A stretch of 64,000 bases of DNA from Vicugna vicugna. Its lineage: Eukaryota. Location of the stretch: the NCBI GenBank assembly GCA_013265495.1, contig MU057656.1, positions 1 to 64,000 of the forward strand, read 5' to 3'. Both the position numbers and the translations under genes were made by a program. Shown piece after piece: positions 40,353 to 53,825 of this stretch. The notes beneath the pieces are model-generated. The model did no database searches, had not been told where the DNA came from, and worked only from the letters and a program-made list of their open reading frames with translations. How positions within the stretch are numbered: the stretch's first letter is position 1; each line of letters starts with the position of its first letter.

Positions 40353-43300
40353 GATCCTAAACATCACAGGTGTAAATATAAGTTAGAGAGCAAAAACAAC
40401 TATGCAGAAGAGCAGTAAAACCAAAGATTTTGTATTTTGTTTTCTTTTTAAGATAAGCAAAATCAAAAAACCTCTAGCCAGGTGCATCATGAAGAAAAGA
40501 GAGATGATCCAAAGAAATAAATTCAGAAATAAAAGTGGAGAAATAACAATTGTTCCCTCACCTCAATCCCTCAGATATACAAAAAAGGGATCATTTTGTC
40601 AACAATTACATGCCAGTAAACTGGACAACTTAGAAGAAATAGACAAATGTCTAGAAAGAGAAAGGGATTAGGAGAAACATATAATTTGAACAAACAGATT
40701 ACTAGAAGAAAGAAAGAATCTGCATTTAAAAAATCATTAAATAGAAGTGCAGATTTAAACACCTCCCGTGAAAAACTGTACAAAAATACAAAGCAGAACT
40801 TATAATCTTCAAACTATTCAAAAATAGAGAAGATGTGGGAAACTCCCAAATTAATCCTATGAAGCTTTCATTACCCTGATAGCAAAGCCAACAAACAAAG
40901 TACAAGCAAAGGGAATTTCAAGCCAATATCTTTGATTGATATAGATGCAAAAATTCAAAAAAATTATTATTAGAAAACAAAATCCAGCAATAGCTAAAGT
41001 GAATCATACAACATGATCAAATGTAATTCATTGCAGGGTCATAAGAGAGGTTGAAATTACATGAAATCAATCAGTTTGATACACCATATTAACAAAAGAA
41101 ATAGGGAAAATGACAGGGTCAACTCAATAAATTGATAAAAAGCATTTCACAAACTTCAAATTTTATTCATTAAAACAGCAGCAACAACGACAACAAGAAA
41201 AACAGAAACAACAAAAACAGAAACCTCTTACCAAATTAGGATTCAAGAAATATATCTCAACATAACTAAAGTCATTAATTACAGACACACAGACAACATA
41301 ATATGCAAAAGTGAGTAACTGAAAGCCAAATTAAGGAATAAAACAAGGATGCCCACTGTCACCATTTCTTTTAAACACAGTATGGGAAGTCCTAGCAACA
41401 GCAATCAGACAAGAAAAATAGTTATACAAGCTAGATTGAATGAAGTAAATCTGTTATTATTTAAGATGACATGATAATCTATATAGAGAACCCTAAATAT
41501 TCTCCAAACCAAAACAACTAAAACTAGTAAAGGCATTTAGTAAATTATGATGATTCATAATTAATATACAATAACTGTCACATTTGTTCACACTAACAAT
41601 GAAATATTCCATAATTTTAGAAAATCCACATGAAATCTTATCAAAAATGAAAAACCTATGAAAAATCCAAGATAATAAAATCAATAGGACACTGATTAAG
41701 AAATCTGAAGAAGATGCAAAGAAATGGAAAGAAATCTCAAGGTCTTAGTTTAGAGGAATTAATTGTTAAAATATATATACAACAAAAGATGTCTACAGAT
41801 ATAAAGAAATTCAGATCGAACTTCGTGATATTTTCCACAGAACTTAAAACAGTCCTAAGATTTGCATGGAACTTCAAAACAACCTGAACTGCAAAAGAAA
41901 CAATGAGGAAAAAGAACAAAGTTGGATGCATAAACCATATCCTTGCCAGATCGCAGAATATATTACAAAAACAGTAATCGAACACCACAATGCTGGGAAA
42001 CAAACAAACATCTATATCACTGGAACAGAACAGAGAGGCAGAAATAAAACATCACAACAATGGTCAACTTAACTATGACAAAGGAAACAAAATATACAAT
42101 GCCTAAAGACAGTCTTCAGCAAGTGATGTTGAGAAAGCTAGACAGCTACATGTAAATCAATGAAATTAGAACACTCCCTCACACTGTACAGATATAAACT
42201 CAAAATGCTTTAAATATCTGAATCTAATACATGACACAATAAAACTCCTGGAATCTAACATAGGCAAAACAAGACATAAATTGTAGCGAAATATTCTTAT
42301 GTCACCCTCCCAAGCTGAAAACAATAAAAGCAAAATAATCAAATAGATCCAAGTTAAATTTAAAAGCTTCTATACAGCAAAATATTCAGAAAGAAAAGAT
42401 GAATTCCCAAATGGGAGAAAACATTTGGAAACAATGCCATCAACAAGAGGCTAATTTGTAAAATACACACATCATTCATAAAATTTCATTTCAAAAATCT
42501 AGAACAACACAGCCAGAAAATGAGCAGAAGACAATTCTCTCAAGAAGACGCACAGATGACAAACAGGAACATAAAATCTTTCTCACATAGCTAATCATTA
42601 TACAAAGGCAAGACAAAAATAAAATAATGTTATACCTCACACTACTGAGAAGGGCTGTCATCCAAATGTCTACAAATAATAAATACTCGGGAGTTTGTGG
42701 AGAAAAAGGGACTCTCCAATGCTGTTGGTGGGAATGAAAATTGGTGCAAGCACTTTGGAAACAGTATGGTAGTTCCATTAAATAATAAAAATAGACCTAT
42801 CATATGACCCAGAAATCCCATTCCTGGGCATATAAAAAATAAAACCTGAAAACAAAGAATCCTAGGGTAAAATATAAAAATTACACTCTGACATTGGACT
42901 TAATTTGATTCTACATATGTCTCCTCTGGCAAGGGAAGCAGAAGCAAATCTAAAAAAATATGATTGTATCACTCTTAACAGATTTACACTGCAGAAGAAA
43001 TGATCAATAAAATGAAAAGTCATCCAACACAATGGGAGAATATATTTGCAAGTGATATTTTCCAATCAAGTGTTAATATGCAACTATATGGCAAACTCAT
43101 ACACCACAACAACAACAAAAATTACCAAACAATCCAATAAAAAAAGGTCCATAGGAACTGAATAGGTAGATCTGAAACAATTTTTTGTAGGAAGCATTCA
43201 GTTGAATAAGTGACACATGAAAATATGTTCAGTTATAAATTATTAGGAAAGTCATAAACCAAAAATGAGGCAAGACCACACACTTTTCAGAAGGCTGTCA

Positions 43301-43370
43301 TCAAAAAGAAAATAAATAGATGTTGGTGAGATTGTGGAGAAAAAGGAACACCATGGACACTGTTGATAGT
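40353..43370 (+). mobile_element. Older LINE-1 ORF2 fragments (paralog of 4791-7850)
   Basis: Colinear with unit A; paralogous ORFs 40571-40783 ~ 5005-5217 and 42862-43065 ~ 7321-7524. Confidence 0.85.
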
Positions 43371-43446
43371 AAAGTAAATTATTGATACCATTGCATATAT
43401 ACATCAAATTTTCTTCATCCATTTTTCTGTCAAGGGATGTTGGGTT

Positions 43447-43890
43447 TGTAGGCCCCTGTCTGAAGGCTCTAGAGAATAAGCCCATGGGCTGAACTGATAA
43501 AAAATCTGTGAGGAATGTCACAGTTAATGGCTGGATAAGAAATGGTCTACGCAATATATCCAGTATGGATGGCTGGATATCCATGCTAGATAAGATCCCC
43601 AGAGGAGGACAACCTAAGACAGGCACAGCCAGTTGGATAAGAAATTACCTACTTAATGAACTTCCGTGATGAAATTTAAAACAATATTTGATCATTTAAC
43701 ATCCTGTGCTTACTGTAGGAGCATGGGGACATAAATAGTTTAAGATTATTAACATTGTATTAACTTAGATGATATAAGAGGCATTGTGCATGACCTATAT
43801 AAACCCTTTTTCAAAGAAACAATAAACAGTGAACTGCTTCACTTCTCTCCACACAGTGTTTGTGTGTAAATGATATCGTGCCACTGACAG
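43447..43890 (+). mobile_element. ERV LTR-like element (paralog of 7911-8350)
   Basis: TGTAGG start, repeated ggataaga motifs, tatataaa at ~43796-43803 and aataaa at 43821-43826. Confidence 0.62.
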
Positions 43891-43909
43891 GGTTAATTTA
43901 ATTTGTTGG

Positions 43910-46900
43910 GAGTATCTTAAAAGGATGTTGCATTATATATAATGCTCTTTCTGCACCTATTGAGATGATTATGTGCGTTTTATTTCTCACCCTATTAGTG
44001 TGGCATGTCACCTTTATTGATTTGAATATTTGGAAGTATCCTTAAACCCAGGGATTAATCCCTTTACACATGTATGTGTATGATACATTAAATGTTTTGT
44101 TGAATTCATTTTGCTTGTGTTTTGTTGAGAATTTTGGCACATATGTTCATCAGGGATAATGTTCTATATTTTGCATCTAATGTCCTTTTCGCTTTGTTAT
44201 GCAAATAAAGCTGGCATCATAAAACAACTTTGGAATCTTTCACCCCCTTCAAATTCTTGGAAGTTTTGGGGAAGAATTGGTGAATAATTGTCTTCAAATG
44301 TGTGACAGAATTCACGAGTAAAGTCATCTTGTAAATTTTTTCTGGTTTGGGAGGTTTGGATTATTGATTTTTTCATACACACTTTTGCTGTATTTAACTT
44401 TCTAATTTCTTCTTGATTCAGTGTTGGAAGACATATGTTTCTGGGAATCTGTCTTTTGTTCTATGTCATTCAAATCATTGGCTAGTGGTAATTTCTTATG
44501 ATGCTATGTGTCTCTACAACATCAGAGGTAACATCTGCTCTTTTATTTCTAATTTTATTTGAGTCTTTTTTTTCTTAGCCAACCTAAACGTTTGTCCACT
44601 TTATGTTGAAAAGAAATAGTCTTAGGTAGAATATTTTTTATCTTTTCAATTTTTTCTCTTGTTATTTTCCTTGCTCACATTCATTCAATTTTCTTCTTTA
44701 TTGTTTGTGTTTTCTCCTAGATCATTGAGGTGTAAAGTTAAGTAATGTGAATTCTTCTATTTCTTTTAATATTAAATTTTATTTATTTATATTTTTACAT
44801 ATTTATTCATTTATTTATCATTGAAGCATGCCATTTAAAATGTGTCAATCTGTGGTGTATAGCACAGTGTCCCCATACATGCATATATTTCTGTACCTAT
44901 TAAACGTTACTTCACGACATTTAAATTCCTGCCCTGTGTGATAGAAAAGAAATTTTGAAAACATCTATTTTTATATATAGTGGATAACATTTATAATTCT
45001 ACAGCTCCCAAATATATCCTCTACCAGTCCATTTCTGCAGTAACTAGAAAATTATTAAGAAGATCTGCAAGTGTGTGTCAGTTTCGTAGATGAAATCATA
45101 GTGTTCACATCCAAATTTTTTTAAGGTTCTACATATATCATGTCATGTGTTATTTTTCTTGCTCTTTCTGGCTAGCTTCAATTGCAATGACAATTTTGGG
45201 GGACATCCATTTTGCTGCATATGTCATTGTTTTCTCATTTTTATTGCATAATATTATTCCATTGTGTAAATACAGCATAACATCTGTATACTGTCATCTG
45301 TTTTTGGACAATTAGGTTACTTCCACGTCGTGGCTGTTGTATAGAGCACTGCAAAGAACATTGTGGTGCAGGTGTCTTTTTGAAATAGGGTTCCCTTTGA
45401 TATATACCAACAAGTGGGGCTGTTGGATCATATGTTGTTTATTTTTATACTTTAGAGGAATCCCCATCCTGTTTTCCACAGTGACTGCAAGAAACTACAT
45501 TCCTACAAAGAGTGTAGGAGGGTTCCCTTTCTCCACAGCTTCCCCAGCATTGATAGTTTCTGTACTTTTGAATGATGGCCATTGTGACTATTGGGAAGTG
45601 ATACTTCATTATACTTTTGAATTGCCCTTCTCTGATAATGATAGTGAGCAATTTTTTTTCATATATCTGTGTGGCATTTGTATGTCTCTATTGGAGAATT
45701 GCTTGTTTAGGTCTTCTGCCAATTTTCAGATTGGGTTTCTTGTTTTTTTTATTATTATTAGGTTGCAAGAAGTCTTTATATTTTGGAAATTTAGCCTTTG
45801 TCAGTTGCATCAATTCTAAATATTTTCTTTAATCCTGTAGGGTGTCATTTTGCTTTGTTTATGGTTCCATTTGCTGTGCAAAAGCTTATAAGTTTAATTA
45901 GGTCCCATTTATTAATTTTGCTCTTACATCCCTTACCTGGGTAGGCTGTTCTAGGAGATCATTACTGAGATTTAACTCACAGTTTTTGCCTATATTTTCT
46001 TCTACGATATTTACTGTATCTTTCCTTACATTTAAGTCTTCAAGCCATTTTGAGTTTATTCTTGTGTATGGAATGAAGGATTGTTCTAACTCCATTGCTC
46101 TGATGCTGCTATCCAGTTTTACCAAAACCAGTTGGTGAAGAGATGGTCTTTTCTCTGTCATATTCTTGGCTACTCTGTCAAAGATTAATTCAATATGGGC
46201 CTTTAGATTTATTCCTTGGCCCTCTATTCTGTTCCATTGGTCCATATGCTTTTTTCTGTACAAATATCATGTCATTTTGATTATTGTAGCTCTGCAATAG
46301 TTTATGGAGACCAGGCGGGTTATTGCTTCAGCCTCTTACTTTGTCTTCAATGTTGTTTTGGGAATTATGGATCTTTATTGATTCTATATAAATCATATGA
46401 TCATTTGTTTCACTCCTAAAAAGAAATGTTCTGCATAATTTGATAGGAATTCAGTTAAAGTCTATGGATTTCCTTGGGCAATATGACCATTTTTACAATA
46501 TTATTACTTCAATTATGAGACCATTGGGTATCTTTTCAATTCTTGAAATCTTTCTTGATTTCCTCAATCAATGTTTTCTTGTTCTCCATGTATAAGACAT
46601 TCACAACCTTGGTCAGAGTACACTTAAGCATTTTATAGTTTTGGGTGCAGTTATAAAAGGGATTGTTTCTATACTATGTTATCCTGTTGATTCAATGGTA
46701 GTGTAAAGAAATGTCATTGGTTTTTGTAGATTAATCTGGCTACCTTGCCCAATTCCTATTTTAGCCTAAGTATTATTTTGTGAAGCTTATACAGTTTTCT
46801 TTATATAGTGTCATTTCTGCATATCGTGACAATTATACCTCTTCTTTTCCAGTCTGAATAGTTTTATTATTTTACTTGCCTGATCATTGTGGCTAGGAAT

Positions 46901-49480
46901 TCCAAGACTTTATTGAATTAAAATTGTGAGAATGGGCATCCTTGTCTTGTCTCAGGTTTTTGTGGGAAGGGTTACAGTTTCTCACCATTGAGTATTTTGC
47001 TGGCTATAAATTTGTCATAAATAGCTTTCATTATGTGGAGATAAGTTCCCTCTATGCCCATTGTGATAAGAACTTTTATTGCAAATAGATGTTAAATTTT
47101 ATCAAAAGCTTTTTCTGCATCTACTGAGATGATCATATCGTTTTTGTCTTCTCTTTTGTTGATATGGTGTATCACAGTTAATATATTGATTTGCATATGT
47201 TAAACCATCCTTGTTTTCCTGGGATGAACCTAACTTGACCATGGTGCATGATCTTTTTCTTACATAATCTTGGATTCTGTTTGTTAATAATTTCTTAAAG
47301 ACATTTACATCTATGTTTATCAATGATATTGGCCTATAGTTTTCTTTTTGGGGTAGTGTCTTTGTCTACATTTTGTATCAGGTTGATATTGACCTTATGG
47401 TGTGAGATTGGGAGTACTCGCTCCATATCAATCTTTTGGAAGAGTTTGAGGAGGACTGGTATGGATTTTTCTTTGTATGTTTGGTCAAATTCCCCAGTGA
47501 AGCTATTTGGTTCTGAATTTTGTTTGCAGAGATTTTTTATATTATTGATAATTCTATTCCATTTTTGGTGATCTGACAGTTCAAATGGTTAATTTCTTCT
47601 TGATGCAATATTGGTGGGCTGAATGTTTCCAAAAACTTCTCCATTTCTTCCTGGTTATCCAGTTTGTTTCCATACAGTTGCTCATGGTATTCCCTTATGA
47701 TATTTTGTAAATTTATTGTACTCTTTGTAGTTTCTCCATTTTCATTTCTTATTTATTTGTGTTCCCTCTCTTTTCTTGTTGGTGATCCTGTCCAGAGATT
47801 TGTCAATTTTGTTTAAAATTTCAAAAAAGTGTTTCATTGACTTTTTTCTATTTTTTAAATTTATTTCAATTCTTTCCTCCTTGATCTTTATTTTTTCCCC
47901 CTTTCTGCTGACTTTTGGTTTTGTTTGCTCTTCTTTTTATGATTAGTTTTCATAGAACATTAGATTATTTATTTGAAATTGTTCTTCTACTTTGAGGAGT
48001 GTTTTGTCACTATGAACTTCCCTCTTAAGCCTGCTTTATCTGTATTCCTTATAATTTGTGTAGTGTTTTGTCAAATTTCTCAAGATATTTTTTAATTTCT
48101 TCTTTTAATTCATCAACTCCCCCCTTTGTTATAGCACCATGTTTTTTAATCTGGATGCTGTCATTTTTTTCTCCCTGTTTTTCTGTGATTGATTTCTAGT
48201 TTCATGGTATTATACTCTGAAAATATGCTTGAAATAATTATTATCTTCTTAAACTTTTTGAGGCTTCTTCTGTGCCAGAGTTCATAATCTTTCCTTGAAA
48301 ATGTTCCAGGTGCACTGGAAAAGAATGTATATTCTGATTTTGGGAGGAGTATTGTTTTGGAAGTATCAACCATCTCCAATTATTTTATCATGTCTTTTAG
48401 TATCTTTGTTCTCTTATTAATTTTCTGTGTGAAAGACCAGTCCAGTGATGGTAATGGTGTGTTATAGTCTCCTACTGTGATTGTGTTCTGAGTGATTTCT
48501 ATCTTTTTATCTATTAGTATTTTCTTTATGTATTTAGGTGCTCCTATATTGAGTGCATAAATCTTAATGTGTATAAAATCCTCATTTTGCATTGCTCCAT
48601 AAATCATTATATCATGTCCTTGTTTATCTTTCTCTATGGCCTTTCTTGTAAAGTCTATTTTGTGTGAAGTCAGTACTGCTAGTCATGCTTTCTCGTCATG
48701 TGCATTTGCATGGAATATATTCTTCCATCTTCTGACTTTTAATTGGTGTGTTTTCCTTTTACTAAAGTTGGTCTCTTGTATGCTTCATAATGTAGGATCT
48801 TGTTATATTATCCCATCTGACAATATATGTCTTTTGATTGAACCACTATGTCCATTAACATTTGTGATAATTATTGATAGACTGGTGTTTATTTCCATTT
48901 TGAACTTCATTTTCCAGTTGATTTGGTATTTTCTTTTTGTTCATTTCTTTTTCTTTTTGTGGCTTGAAAGGTTTTTTTATTATCTTGCTTTCGTTTTGGC
49001 TTTGTGACTTCATTGTAAGCTTTTGACTTTTGGTTATCTTGTTTTGTATTTATATTGACCCGTACTATATTTGCTTATTTTAACTGATAAGAATACAAAC
49101 TCATACCCATCTTACAGAGAAGAGAAATAAGAAGAAAATACTCTGTATTGTCCTGTTTCACTCTGTGACCCTTAAAAATTTTGATGTCCTGTTTTACAAA
49201 ATCATATTTATTCTGTTGTAATTCAGTGTATATATTGGTTTCTAATTATGCCTTTCTCTTTTCTATAGCATCCTGCTTTTTTTTTTAAGTAGATCTTTCA
49301 TTATTTCTTTTTCTCTTGCTAAATTCTTTTAGTATTTGCTTGTGTGGAAGTTATTTATCTCTCCTTCAGTTCTAAAAGAGAGCCTTGCTTTATAAAGTAT
49401 CTTAGATTACAGCTTTCTTTCATTAAGGAATTTGAATATGTCTTGCCACTGCCTTCTGCCTGCTGTATTTGTGTAGGAAA
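43910..49480 (-). mobile_element. Older antisense LINE-1 stack (paralog of 8370-9183 plus 10827-15175)
   Basis: ORF2 remnants at 45898-46263 (DQWNRIE..PYTRINSKWLEDLNVR), 48161-48379 (YTFFSSAPGTFSRKD) and 48380-48607. Confidence 0.9.
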
Positions 49481-49509
49481 CGATTTTACAAATATTATGA
49501 ATATAATTA

Positions 49510-50860
49510 TATATATATGTGTAAAGAATACCTAGAAATGAAGTTAACAAATAATGTGAAAATATATACGTTAAAAAACAGAAAACATTGATGAAGGAAT
49601 TTAAAACTGATCCAAAGGGATGAAATGATTTCTTATGTTAATTATGTGAAACTATGTGGTTGATACAACCATTCTACTAAAGGGAATCTACATTTACTGT
49701 GATTCATGTCAAAATATAAATGAGATTTTTCCATTAAATAGAACAATAATTTCAAAATTTATATGTAACCACAAAGAACATGAGTTGCCTAAATAATCTT
49801 GAAAAAGAATATTAAATGTAATGGTGTAAATTTCTCTGATGTTAAACAGTTCTACAAAACTTTAGTAATTAAAACATCATGATACTGGATTAAAAACAGA
49901 CACCAATCAATAGAACAGGATAGAGCAACCTGATATAATCCCTCACACCTATGATCAATTAACCCATGATAAAAGAAAGCTGGAGTATAAAATGAAGAAA
50001 AGACATTCTCCTCAATAATTAGTGCTGGGGAGATTAAACTTTGAAAACTTAGATTACAATATTTCCTCTCATTGTGTACAATCCTTGAGCACAGAATATC
50101 TTTATTTTTAATTTATTTACTTATATTTCTTACACCCGTAATTAATAGATCTATATTTAGATCTTTTATTTCACTTACAAAATGTATTCCGGTTTTATTC
50201 TTTTTGGTATAAATTTACACAAAATTGTTTTCCTAATTTCTGTTTCTGATTATGCGTTGTTACTATATAAAAATGCAACGGATATTTGGATATCGATTTT
50301 GTATTCTACAAGTTTACTAAGTTTGTTCCTTATTACTAACAGTCACTGGAGGAGACATTGGAGTTTTCTACCTATGTATAATTATGTCATCTGTAAATAA
50401 TTTACTGCTTTTTTACAAGTTGGATACATTTTATATTTTTTCTTAACTAGATGTTCTGGCTAGGACTTCTAGTAGTGCAATGTAGGACTTGTGAAAATGA
50501 GCTAATTTTTCTTATTATTGGACCAGAAGAAATCTTTCCTTTATGTTAACATTGAAATAGATGTTAGTCATGGGATTTCCATATATGGCTTTTATTTTGT
50601 TTAGTTACATTCTATCTACAGCAAATTTGTAAAGAATATTTTTATAAAAAAGTTAACATCACAACTGTCAATAATATTCCTACATTTTTTGAGAGTGTTA
50701 TTTTTCAATTCTTTGCTTTTTAAGGTTTGTTATCAAATATTTTAATTTGCATATGTTAAATAATATTTATGATTCAAGACAAAATCCAACTTAACTATAG
50801 TTTATAATACATATACTATACCATGGATTCAAGTTGCCAAAGTTTATTTAGATTGGAATT
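49510..50860. mobile_element. Ancient LINE-1 fragments (paralog of 15200-16550)
   Basis: Colinear; ORF 50182-50400 ~ 15881-16162. Confidence 0.7.
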
Positions 50861-51981
50861 TATAGATACTGAAGGAAAATTTACATTGTAGCTTGAGGGT
50901 ACATTTATTCATTTAAAAATTTTATCTCTCATTTTGAATTTGGCTTATCCTTAATGAAATTTATTTCTAAATAAAGATTATAACTTGTGGTAGAACTGGA
51001 TTTACTGCAGTATTCTGATACAGAACATAGCTAATATTTACAATTAGTGAACAAAACACTTGCCTTAAAATGCCGTATTATATAAACAATGCCAAAAGTT
51101 TCAGGACTGAGAAACATATTGCTTCCTTAATTGCATTTCCTGGTATTTTCCACCCCAACCCACATATACTGTTATTTCTTTGTTTTTTGATTGTTTTCCC
51201 CTTAATGGAGGCACTGCTTATTGAACCCAGGTTCTTGAGCATAAGTGTATTTATCAACATCATTTTGGAACACACAACAGAAGCCACAAGAGTATGGATT
51301 ATAAACATGACAAGAAAATTTATTTCTTCTTGGGACTGAAAAACCTCTGACTGTAAGAATGACAAAAATAAACATTTGTAAATATGCAATAAGATTGTCT
51401 CTCTTGTAATTTTTATAGTAGAATATTAAATTACATTTGTTTTACTTAAAGCACTGAATTAGAATTTAAATAAAAAATTCCCCCTTTATGATTTCTAAAA
51501 TTTGATTGATTATTTTAATCTAATTTTATTTTACAATTATTTACCATTTATTTGTAAACATACCAAATAAACTGATATTTATTCTTCTCATGTTTTGAAT
51601 ATAAAGTTACTTATTTTAATTTACACAGATAAATACCAACTTCCATTTCCAAATCAAATTAAGATTCACTTTAATTACAAATGAACATAAATTTGTTATA
51701 CGTTTTCTGTACAGGTTTTACAAAAATTTCACTTTAAATTACAAAACTTTAAAATTATTTTACATATTTATTGAATTATTTATACTCTGTTCACCAATGT
51801 TGTATAAATTTGTGTAAAAAAGTATGGAGATTGGTTTTATTTCATAGACCCCAAAATTAAATTATTTAAAAAGATTTTGTGGGGATAATATTTTCAGATC
51901 ACACTAAAAAAATATGCATCCTATATGTTTCATTTTAACTGGATGAATGAGAAGGAAACACCGGCTGAATGTTACACTTGA

Positions 51982-52055
51982 GTTGCTAGGAGACCAGTCA
52001 TTGTGTGATGTCACTGCTACTCAGGTTTAGAACCATTGTGATGGCCTAGCAGTTT
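51982..52055 (+). promoter_or_regulatory. Putative HSFY proximal promoter: X-box (RFX), CRE-like and SOX motifs
   Basis: GTTGCTAGGAGAC 51982-51994, CATTGT 51999-52004, TGATGTCA 52006-52013, CATTGT 52034-52039, CCTAGCA 52045-52051. All lie 95-165 nt upstream of the ATG. Motif matches only. Confidence 0.55.
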
Positions 52056-52145
52056 ATCTGTGCAGGACTGCCAAAGCAGCATTTGAAGCTGCAGTGCTCA
52101 AAATCATGCAGCTTAGAAAAGTAGCTGTAGAAAAGCTTATTTGAG

Positions 52146-53825
52146 ATGGCACATGTTTCTTCAGAAATTCAAGATTTGTCTCATAAAGATGGACCAACTG
52201 GTTCAGGAAACTCCGGTAGATCTCTATTGTGTGATCAAACATTCTCTGGGGACTTGGACTTGAGGTCTATGATTGAAGAAAATGCTCTTCAGACTTTGTC
52301 TGAAGAACCCTTGTTAAAAACACCATGTTGCACATATTGCGGCTCTGAACCAGATGAAGATAATGATTTTCGTTCTCTGAAATTTCCAAGAATACACTGG
52401 AAAATGGCTGGGAGTGACCAATATAAATCCATCTGGTGGTGGAATGTTAATGGAACTTCCATAGTGATTTATGAAGATGTCTTTAAGAAGGAAGTTTTTG
52501 AAAGAAAGTCCCCTTTCAGAATATTTGAAACTGTAAGTATGAAAGGTTTACTTAGACAGCTTAACCTTTATGGGTTTAGTAAAGTGCAGCAGAATTTTCA
52601 AAGATCTGCATTTCTAGCTGACTTTCTGTCAGAAGAAAAAGAAGTCTATGTTTTAAGCAAGGTATTCAGTAATTTTAGTTACCACTTGATAACTTATATA
52701 TAAAATTTTATTTTGTACATCAATCTATGGTAATATATATGTAAAGGCAGATTTTGAAAATTGTATAAAACTGCTAAGGATAAACTTCTTTATTTTTTCC
52801 AAAAATGAGGACAGTGCCTTAAGTATTTAAGATTATGAGAAACTTCGCTTGCAACTATGAATCTTATCAGAAATCTAAATAAAGGTATTAAATCTGCTTG
52901 TGAAAATTGGCATTCACCGATACTGCAAATGATATCTTCTTAAATTTGATGACTATACTACTTAAATGTGCAATCTACAAATAAGGAATTTCAAAAAATA
53001 GCCAGCAATGTTCATATATTGATGATATTTTCTTTGCATTGTAAACGTGAATTTTGATGTTTTTTAGGTTAGGCTTATTTTAGTGTTGTATTTTGGTTTA
53101 AAATATTACTAAAATTTTTCTCTTTAGTTGTAGCTGCAGTTCTACCATAATCCAAATTTTAAACGAGGCTTTCACCAGCTTTTAATGAGAATAAAAAGAA
53201 GAGATGGGATTTAAAATGCCTCTCTGTTATCTTCATTGGCTGAAGATTTCAACAAATGCACTTTAAAGCAGGGGGTAATGTAGAAAATCATAATTCTGGT
53301 TTTGTGGCTGATACTAGTGGAGAAAACGCATTTTTACCTTTTGCAAATATAAACATGCCTCTAATAATAAAGCCCTCTACTAGCCACATATTTGGTGATA
53401 CAACTACCCCGATCAGAGGTGATTTTTCTCTTCCATCATCAAGGTCAGTTAGACCACATGAACAAATTGCAGTGGATGAACATGCCGTTTTAAATTAGTT
53501 GAACATTGTCCACGGGCACTCTCAAAGCAGATACATTGAAGCAAATGGCCATGTTGTGAACTTCATTACAACTACAATTTCTACTTCTCAATACAGCATA
53601 TTTTCTCCCCTACAGAGTAATTATTCTGGACTGATTTTGGAGACTTTCACTTTTCCAAATAGATATCACAACATATCTGTCAATGAAGGTCGTTTTTCTA
53701 AACTTCAACCAGGGAGCAACGCACGGTTTCCAGTGCCAGTGATAGCTGATATAACAGCTCCCTCTCTTACAAGGCCAACTCATCAGCCATCTTCAGTTTA
53801 TGAATGTGATCCTAATTAAAACTGA
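52146..53825 (+). pseudogene. HSFY: HSFY copy B, truncated; exon 1 52146-52661, intron 52662-53133, exon 2 53134-53825; spliced frame open for 198 codons
   Basis: MAHVSSEIQD..DLRSMIEENA..EPDEDNDF..RQLNLYGFSK..SK|LQFYHNPNFKRG..LLMRIKRRDGI*. TAA at 53212-53214, then a frameshift at ~53255, TAG 53496 and TAA 53817; ancestral TGA at 53823-53825. Confidence 0.95.

Noticed and set aside
52146..52703. 185-aa single-exon HSFY CDS from the ORF track
   Set aside because: The last 13 codons are intron read-through past the GT donor at 52662. The spliced structure matches HSFY better.
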